Source: Vicinamibacteria bacterium (lineage in GTDB: Bacteria > Acidobacteriota > Vicinamibacteria > Marinacidobacterales > Marinacidobacteraceae). Taken from it: DNA of 64,000 nucleotides. Location: contig OZ219816.1 in assembly GCA_964291235.2 (NCBI GenBank), positions 192,001-256,000 on the forward strand, read 5' to 3'. The notes under the pieces are model-generated. The model did not search any database and was not told the DNA's origin. It saw only the letters and a program-made list of their open reading frames with translations. Below are positions 57,699 to 64,000 of the stretch, piece after piece (positions within the stretch are counted from its first letter, which is position 1; every line of letters starts with the position of its first letter). Both the position numbers and the translations under genes were made by a program.

Positions 57699-60593
57699 CT
57701 AGTCCGGGTCCGGTCCGCCCCCGTCCGCCAGGTACTGCGCGATGTACTCCGCCGGGTGGATCGCGTAGCGGTTCGTCGCGTCGAACACCTGGTGGCGGCA
57801 GGAGGTGCCGGCAGCCACCAGCGCGTCCTCGGTCGCGAGGCCCCGCACCGCCGGGAACAGCCGCCGCTCGCCGATCGCGAGGGAGACCTCGTAGTGGTCG
57901 GAGGTGTAGCCGAAGCTGCCCGCCATGCCGCAACAGCCTGAATCGGCCACCGTGACCCGGGCGCCGGTGGTGGAGAGGAGGCCCGCCAGCGGCCCGGTCC
58001 CGCAAAACGTCTTCTGGTGGCAATGGCCGTGGGCGAGGACATGCGCCCCGTCTCCCCGGCCGCCGGTGAGCCGGGCGAGGTCCTCCCGGTGGCCGGCGAG
58101 GAACTCGTCGAAAAGCACCGCCTTGTTCGCGACCTCGCCGGCGGCCGGACGGTCGTCCTCGGGAACCAGATCCGGGATCTCGTCGCGGAAACTGAACAGG
58201 CACGAGGGTTCGAGCCCGACGATCGGAGTGCCCCGCGAGGCGATGTCCCCGAGCGCCTGGACGCTCTCCCGGGCGAGCCGCCGCGCCCGGTCGAGAAGGC
58301 CCCGCGAAATCGCCGGCCGGCCGCAGCACACCGCCGGCGTCAGCACCACCCGGTAGCCGAGCGCCCAGAGCACCCGGCAGGCGGCGACCCCGATCTGCGG
58401 CTCGAAATAGTTCGTGAAGGTGTCGGGGAAGAGCGCCACCTCACCCCGCGGCGACGGCGGCTGGGAGGCGGCTTCGACCTCCCGGAACCAGCGCTCGAAG
58501 GGCCGGCGCGCCAGCTTCGGGAGGCTGCGGCGGCGGTCGAAGCCGATGGTCCGGGACAGCAGCGCGGCAGCCCAGCCCCGCCGTTCGGCAAAGCGGGTGA
58601 GGGGCCCGAACCGGCTCCCCCAGCGGGCCAGCACCTCCGGCGCTCCGAAGAGCCGGTCCGCGAGGGGCCGCTTGCGGTCCCGGTAGTAGCGGTGCAGGAA
58701 ATCGGACTTGAGGCGGGCCATGTCCACCCCGGACGGGCACTCGGCCTTGCACGCCTTGCAGGCCAGGCAGAGATCGAGCGCCCCGAGCACCCGGTCCTCG
58801 GACTCCCGCTCCGGCGGCAGCCGTCCGTCGAGGAGCGCCCGCAGCAGGTTGGCGCGGCCCCGGGTGGAGTGCTCCTCCTCCTTCGTCGCCATGAACGAGG
58901 GGCACATCGTCCCCACCAGTTCCTTGCGGCAGACCCCGGCCCCGTTGCATAGCTCGACGGCGCCGGCGAATCCGCCGTGCCGCTGGTACGGATAGACCAC
59001 CGGCAGTTCTTCGGCCCGGTACCCCTCCCCGTAGCGCAGGTTGTCGGTCATGGCGGGCGCGTTCACCACCTTCCCGGGATTCATGATCCCGGCCGGGTCG
59101 AACGCCGCCTTCAGCCGCTGGAACGCCCGGTACACCTGCGGCCCGAAGACCTTCTCGTTGAAATGGCTGCGCGCCAGCCCGTCGCCGTGCTCGCCGCTCA
59201 TGGCGCCCCCGAAATCGAGCACCAGGTCGCAGATTTCCCGGGCGAGGGTGTCCATCTTCCGGATCTCGGCCGGGTCCTTCAGGTTGATGAGCGGGCGGAT
59301 GTGGAGGCAGCCGGCGCCGGCGTGCGCGTAGAAGCTGCCCTCGGTGTTCCGGCCGGACAGGATTTCCTCGAACCCGCGGATGAACTCGGGCAGCCGCGAT
59401 GGCTCCACCGCGGTGTCCTCGACGAAGGCGATGGGCTTCTTGTCCCCGGGGAGGCTCAGGAGGAGCGGCAGCGCCGCCTTCCGGACCGCCCAGACGTTCT
59501 TCTGGTCCGCGGGATCCAGCATCCGCAGGTGGGGACGGCCCTGATTGCCCAGCCGGCGTTCGAGGTCGGCCAGCTTCGCGACCACTTCCCCCCGGCTCGA
59601 TCCCGCGAACTCGACGAGGATGAGCGCCCCGGGCTCGCCCTCGACGAAGTGGAGCCGCCGCGAATACTCGAGGGACTCGCGGGCGAGTTCCATGACCATC
59701 CGGTCCACCAGTTCCACCGCGGTCGGCCGGAGTTCGAGCGCCACCACCCCCGCCTCGAGCGCCGGGAGCAGGCCGTCGAAGTGGAGGACCGCGAGCCCCA
59801 CCGCCGGCGGAAGCTGGTAGAGCTTCACCCGGGCCTCCACCACGGTTCCGAGCGTTCCCTCGGAGCCGACGACCAGGTGCGCGAGGTTCACTCCCGCCGG
59901 GTCGAGAAGCACGTCGAGGTTGTAGCCGGACACCCGCCGCGGGATGCGCGGGAACCGCTCCCGGATTTCGTCCGCGTACTCGTCCCGCAGCGCGAGCAGC
60001 TCGCGGAGCACCGGGGCCAGCGGCCCCTTGCCCCGCGCCCGGCGCCGGATGTCCTCCCAGCTCAGCCAGCAGAGACGCTCGCAGCTCCCGTCGGGGAGCA
60101 CCACGGTGGCGTCGATCACGTTCTCCACCGTCTTCCCGTACACGAGCGAGCGGGCGCCGGCCGAGTTGTTGCCGATCATCCCGCCGAGATTCGCCCGGTT
60201 CGAGGTGGAGGTCTCGGGGCCGAAACGGAGCCCGAGGGGGGCGAGCGCGGCGCCGAAGGCGTCCTGCACCACACCCGGCTGCACCCGCGCCCACTGCTCC
60301 TCCCGGTTGATCTCCAGGACGCTGCGGAAGTGGACCGACAGGTCGAGCACCACCGCTTCGCCGACCGCCTGTCCGGCGAGCGAGGTCCCGCCCCCCCGCG
60401 GCAGCACCGGGGCGCCCGCCTCCGCCGCCACCCGCACCGCCTCCGCCACGTCCGCGGTGTGGCGGGGAATCACCACCCCGAGCGGCTCGATCTGGTAGAT
60501 GCTGGCGTCGTTCGAATAGAGGATGCGGCTGGCGCGATCGAAACGCACATCCCCCTCGATGCGGTTCGCAAGTTCGCGCGCCAGCTCGCCCAT
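57699..60593 (-). CDS. FAD-binding/(Fe-S) oxidoreductase (GlcD-GlcF-like fusion)
   Basis: RGGGTSLAGQ, GSEGTLG, GEHGDG, CNGAGVC..MCPS, CLACKACKAECP, CCG; start inferred at MGELAR. Confidence 0.92.
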   Translation of the reverse strand: MGELARELANRIEGDVRFDRASRILYSNDASIYQIEPLGVVIPRHTADVAEAVRVAAEAGAPVLPRGGGTSLAGQAVGEAVVLDLSVHFRSVLEINREEQWARVQPGVVQDAFGAALAPLGLRFGPETSTSNRANLGGMIGNNSAGARSLVYGKTVENVIDATVVLPDGSCERLCWLSWEDIRRRARGKGPLAPVLRELLALRDEYADEIRERFPRIPRRVSGYNLDVLLDPAGVNLAHLVVGSEGTLGTVVEARVKLYQLPPAVGLAVLHFDGLLPALEAGVVALELRPTAVELVDRMVMELARESLEYSRRLHFVEGEPGALILVEFAGSSRGEVVAKLADLERRLGNQGRPHLRMLDPADQKNVWAVRKAALPLLLSLPGDKKPIAFVEDTAVEPSRLPEFIRGFEEILSGRNTEGSFYAHAGAGCLHIRPLINLKDPAEIRKMDTLAREICDLVLDFGGAMSGEHGDGLARSHFNEKVFGPQVYRAFQRLKAAFDPAGIMNPGKVVNAPAMTDNLRYGEGYRAEELPVVYPYQRHGGFAGAVELCNGAGVCRKELVGTMCPSFMATKEEEHSTRGRANLLRALLDGRLPPERESEDRVLGALDLCLACKACKAECPSGVDMARLKSDFLHRYYRDRKRPLADRLFGAPEVLARWGSRFGPLTRFAERRGWAAALLSRTIGFDRRRSLPKLARRPFERWFREVEAASQPPSPRGEVALFPDTFTNYFEPQIGVAACRVLWALGYRVVLTPAVCCGRPAISRGLLDRARRLARESVQALGDIASRGTPIVGLEPSCLFSFRDEIPDLVPEDDRPAAGEVANKAVLFDEFLAGHREDLARLTGGRGDGAHVLAHGHCHQKTFCGTGPLAGLLSTTGARVTVADSGCCGMAGSFGYTSDHYEVSLAIGERRLFPAVRGLATEDALVAAGTSCRHQVFDATNRYAIHPAEYIAQYLADGGGPDPD

Positions 60594-60653
60594 GGGTCGG
60601 GGAGGGTACATGGGGAACCGGCAAGGAGCGCCAGGAGCGCCCGCCTCCGGCCA

Positions 60654-61070
60654 GGAGCGCCAGCCTCCGGCTGGCATCGCCGAGCGCAGCGAGGCGAAAC
60701 TCGCAAACCTGCTCATGCCCTGCGTCCCGGACCCGTTCCGTGACGGCGAAAACCCCAACGCCCAGGAGCGCCGGCCTCCGGCCGGCATCGCCGAGCGCAG
60801 CGAGGCGAAACTCCCGTAGCTCGCTCGCCAGGATGGCGCTGCGCCCAGCGGAATGGCGCAGCGTCACTCCTGCGGCGCTCGAGCGCTACGCCGTCATCGT
60901 TTGGGTCGCCGCCATCCGGGCTGACTAGGTCAGGGAGTTTCGCTCCGCTGCGCGGAGCGATGCCGGCCGGAGGCCGGCGCTCCTATGCGTTCGCGACACC
61001 GAGACTGCTGGGGTACGCGCCGCCGCCCGCCTGCGGCGGGCTGTGCCGGTGTGGACACCGGCGTTCCCTG
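60654..61070. repeat. REP-like elements (GGAGCGCCGG..CCGGCATCG-hairpin-CGAAACTC)
   Basis: Direct copies at ~60654 and ~60765, inverted copy at ~60933-60987; also at 25531 and 3162. Confidence 0.8.
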
Positions 61071-61205
61071 TCCTGCGCACCAACTGGCTGAGCAGGGAAG
61101 CGAGCACTTCACCCCCCGCCGTGGGGGTTTTCCACGTATTCCACAACACGGTTTTCCACACCGGTGTGGAAATGTGGAAAACTCGGGCGCCGGACTCTTC
61201 GGCGA

Positions 61206-61704
61206 GGGGGGAAAGCGTGAAAGGGGGGGCACGCCCCCCCTTTCACAAAAAGAAGACGCTGATCGATCGGAACTCGCCGCAGCGCGCCCCCAGCGCGCAA
61301 GGGAGTTTCGATCCCGGCACGAAGTGCCGAGCGGCCCCGGGAGGGGGCCTTCCCGGATGCCTTCACGACTCTCCCTGAAGATGTCCACGCGGCGGCCCCT
61401 CCGGGGGCCGCTCGGTATGACGACGCGGGCCGCCGCTCCCATCCCCTGCTGTGGGGGGGGAAAGTGTGAAAGGGGGGGCTGCCCCCCCTTTCACAAAAAG
61501 AAGGCGCTGATCGATCGGAACTCGCCGCAGCGCGCCACCAGCGCGCAAGGGAGTTTCGATCCCGGCGCGAAGCGCCGGGCGGCCCCGGGAGGGGGCTTTC
61601 CCGAATGCCCCCACGACTCTTCCCGAACACGTCGGCGCGACCGGCCCCCTCCCGGGGCCGCTCAGTGCGAGTCCGGCCCCCTCCCGGGACCGCTCAGTGC
61701 GAGT
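61206..61704. repeat. Two tandem copies of the structured dispersed element plus a 32-bp duplication
   Basis: ~248-bp period; 61641-61672 matches 61673-61704 with one mismatch. Confidence 0.85.
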
Positions 61705-62707
61705 CCGCGTAGTGCTCCGCGAGCAGGTCCCTGCCGAAGTCGCCGCTCAGATCGCGCCAGACCGAATGGATGTGGTTCGCGCCGTTTTGCGTGTTGTCGT
61801 ATTCGATGAGGAACGTCGGGCCGTGGATCCGGTAGTAGTGCGCGTCGCCGGACTTGGCGCTGCCGGCCCAGGCGAAGTGGATGTTGTCGAGGCCGGCCGC
61901 CTCGATCTTCCCGAATTCCTCCTTGGCGAGATCGAGCCGCATCCGGCCGGTATAGACGTGCAGGAGTTGGAGGAACTTGGCGGCCTGTCCTTCGGTCATG
62001 TCGCCGGCAGCGACCCCGAGCGGCTCCCCGGGCTCCGCGACCCGGTCCGTGCCCGTCAGGATGTCGGGCGGCGCCTCGGCGTCGAAGATGACCTTCTCCC
62101 GCGCCGGGCCCTCGAAGAGCGCGAGCAGCTCCCTCGCCACCGTCTGCTCCGCCGCAAGCACTTCGAGACCCTCGTGCTTGCCTTCCCCGGCGATCGCCGG
62201 GTTGGAGCCCATGAAGGCCGGCGACGTCGCGATCACCTCGCCGTCCTTGAGAGTGACGTTGAGCGACAGATGATGCCCCTCGACCCGCCAACCCCAGGGT
62301 CCCGAGTCCGACGGCTCGTCGAACACCGTGACGTAGTAACGGTCGGAGTCGCGAATGTCGCGGCCTTCGCGCTCGTAGAGGATCTGTTCGAGGTACATGA
62401 TGCCGAGCGCCTTGCTGATGCCGTCGTGGCTGAGCGCGGTGCCGAGCAAGAGGTCGGCGAGGCGGCGCTGGGGCGGGGTGAACTCCCCGTACGGCAGTCC
62501 CTCCCGGTCGCGCGGGATGAAGTGCCAGTTGAGGCGCTCCTCGTCGTCGAAGGCGAACGTCGCCCGCTCCCGCTGATCGGTATCGAGCGAGGCCAGGAAA
62601 TGCCGCGCCCGGTCCATCATCTCCTTGCCGATGTCGTGATTCGCGGCCGTCCAGCCGATGGAGGCGGCGAGCACGAGGCAAACGCACAGTCCGGTCCTGA
62701 TCTTCAT
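61694..62707 (-). CDS. DUF3500 domain protein, secreted
   Basis: WHFIP, WGWRVEGHHLS, FAWAG, YYRIHGPTFLIEYDN, NHIHSVWRD..GDFG. Confidence 0.88.
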   Translation of the reverse strand: MKIRTGLCVCLVLAASIGWTAANHDIGKEMMDRARHFLASLDTDQRERATFAFDDEERLNWHFIPRDREGLPYGEFTPPQRRLADLLLGTALSHDGISKALGIMYLEQILYEREGRDIRDSDRYYVTVFDEPSDSGPWGWRVEGHHLSLNVTLKDGEVIATSPAFMGSNPAIAGEGKHEGLEVLAAEQTVARELLALFEGPAREKVIFDAEAPPDILTGTDRVAEPGEPLGVAAGDMTEGQAAKFLQLLHVYTGRMRLDLAKEEFGKIEAAGLDNIHFAWAGSAKSGDAHYYRIHGPTFLIEYDNTQNGANHIHSVWRDLSGDFGRDLLAEHYADSH

Positions 62708-62814
62708 CGTCGATCCCCTTTCCGTTGCCGATTCTTACGCCCGGCGGCGGATCGCGCCAGCGCCATCCGGCGCCCGCCGCCCGCGGTGGACCACGCCGCG
62801 ACGGGCCGTCTCGC

Positions 62815-63777
62815 CTAGGCCGTCAACCGGTTCAACGTCAGGCTCGCGATGGCGAGATCCTGAACGCCCATGCCGGTCAGGTCCACGACCGAGATCCCGT
62901 CCTGCGCCATCCTGGGATCCGGCTCGGCGAGCGCCAGCATTTCGCCGAAGGAGCAGTCGCTGTCTTCGGCGACCGCGCCGGCGCGCACCGCGGCCCCGAA
63001 ATCGCTGTTGTTGAGGCACTCGCGATGGTCGTCGGTGACGATGGTGTGCGCCTTTCCCAGAATGCGCGGATCCAGCTCCGTCTTGCCCGGCGTGTCGGCG
63101 CCGACCGCCACGATGTGCAGCGTCTCGGGGACGTCTTCGAGGTGGACGACCGGCCTCGTCACCGGCGTGGTGGTGACCAGGATCGCGCTCGCCTGGCAGA
63201 CGTCCCTGACCGTGTCCCTCGCGGTGGCCTCCAGTCCGCCGGCTCGCAGCCGCTCGCAGAGCGCGGCCGCCTTGGCGGCGGACCGCCCCCAGACGGACAC
63301 CGATCCGAGCCCCAGGTGGGCGCAGATCATGGTGGCCTGGATCTGGGCCTGGGTTCCGGTGCCGATCACCCCGAGCGTCGCGCCCTCGGACACCGGCTTC
63401 AGGGCGGCGGCAAGGGCCCCGGCGGCGGCGGTGCGGACGTTGGTGAGCCAGCAGTCGTCCTGGAGAATGGCTTCCGGCAGGCCGGTCTCGGCGGAGATCA
63501 GGATGACCATGCCGCCGGCGCCCGGCAGGCCGCGGGCCGCGTTCCGGTACGACCCCGAGGCGATCTTGACCGCCACGTAGGGGAGGCCGCGCCAGGTCGC
63601 CGACTTGACGTGGCACTCGCCGTGCTGCTCCTGCTGATCGTCCCGAAACACGATCTGCGTCGGCTCGGGGCAGTGCACCAGCCCCTGCGCGTGGGCGATG
63701 AATCCGGCCTTGACGGCCTCGATGGCCGCTTCCGGGGTGACGGCCGACTCGATGTCGGCGAGGGGCACGATGCGCAT
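62815..63777 (-). CDS. Ornithine cyclodeaminase/mu-crystallin family protein
   Basis: LT.VRTAAAGA, IGTGTQA, GAD.PGK.E, DLTGMGVQD. Confidence 0.9.
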   Translation of the reverse strand: MRIVPLADIESAVTPEAAIEAVKAGFIAHAQGLVHCPEPTQIVFRDDQQEQHGECHVKSATWRGLPYVAVKIASGSYRNAARGLPGAGGMVILISAETGLPEAILQDDCWLTNVRTAAAGALAAALKPVSEGATLGVIGTGTQAQIQATMICAHLGLGSVSVWGRSAAKAAALCERLRAGGLEATARDTVRDVCQASAILVTTTPVTRPVVHLEDVPETLHIVAVGADTPGKTELDPRILGKAHTIVTDDHRECLNNSDFGAAVRAGAVAEDSDCSFGEMLALAEPDPRMAQDGISVVDLTGMGVQDLAIASLTLNRLTA

Positions 63778-63804
63778 CAGGAGTGTCCTTTTGGGTAAGG
63801 GAGT

Positions 63805-63999
63805 TCAGGAAAACCAGGTCTTCAACTTCTCGGCGGCCTGTTGCTTGTGTTCCGGCTTGATGTGGTGCACCACGGACGCCAGCGCGAGCGCCAGCACGCC
63901 CAGATCGTCCGAATACCCGGCGCCCGGCAGGATGTCGGGAATGGCATCCAGCGGAAAGATGAAGTAGCCGAGCGCGCCCATGATGCGCGCGCGGGCCCA
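63805..63999 (-). CDS. YkvA/DUF1232 family protein, partial at window edge
   Basis: Manual translation GALGYFIFPLDAIPDILPGAGYSDDLGVL...KTWFS*. Confidence 0.85.
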   Translation of the reverse strand, partial: WARARIMGALGYFIFPLDAIPDILPGAGYSDDLGVLALALASVVHHIKPEHKQQAAEKLKTWFS

Positions 64000-64000
64000 T

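Overview
GC-rich bacterial chromosomal window. Gene content is compatible with an Acidobacteriota-like, possibly host-associated marine organism, but that is inference only. Core genes include tRNA-Val(TAC), an RND efflux system with two permeases, a MacAB-like ABC exporter, egtB/egtD, a PQQ dehydrogenase, brxA, tmk, holB, smpB, a T2SS/pseudopilin cluster and several hydrolases and oxidoreductases. Accessory DNA includes an approximately 12.4 kb integrative mobilisable island in the 3' end of an S9 peptidase gene (P4-type integrase, HU, ColE1-like oriT and mbeCABD, Dcm/Vsr/EcoRII-type RM). A second locus has single-gene cassettes separated by repeated copies of a gene's 3' end. Also present are a VapBC pair, variable-repeat membrane-anchored coiled-coil genes and REP-like palindromes with covarying stems. 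The most unusual signals are: (1) a 12-unit array of the palindrome (A/G)GCTACTAGT spaced 31-33 bp apart, followed by an AT-rich tract and a split gene ending in a winged-helix domain; (2) four ~25-bp sites in alternating orientation around an island gene; (3) a family-4 uracil-DNA glycosylase with a twin-arginine signal peptide; (4) an EgtB lacking its usual catalytic Tyr motifs. All protein calls come from motif recognition by eye, with no database search.
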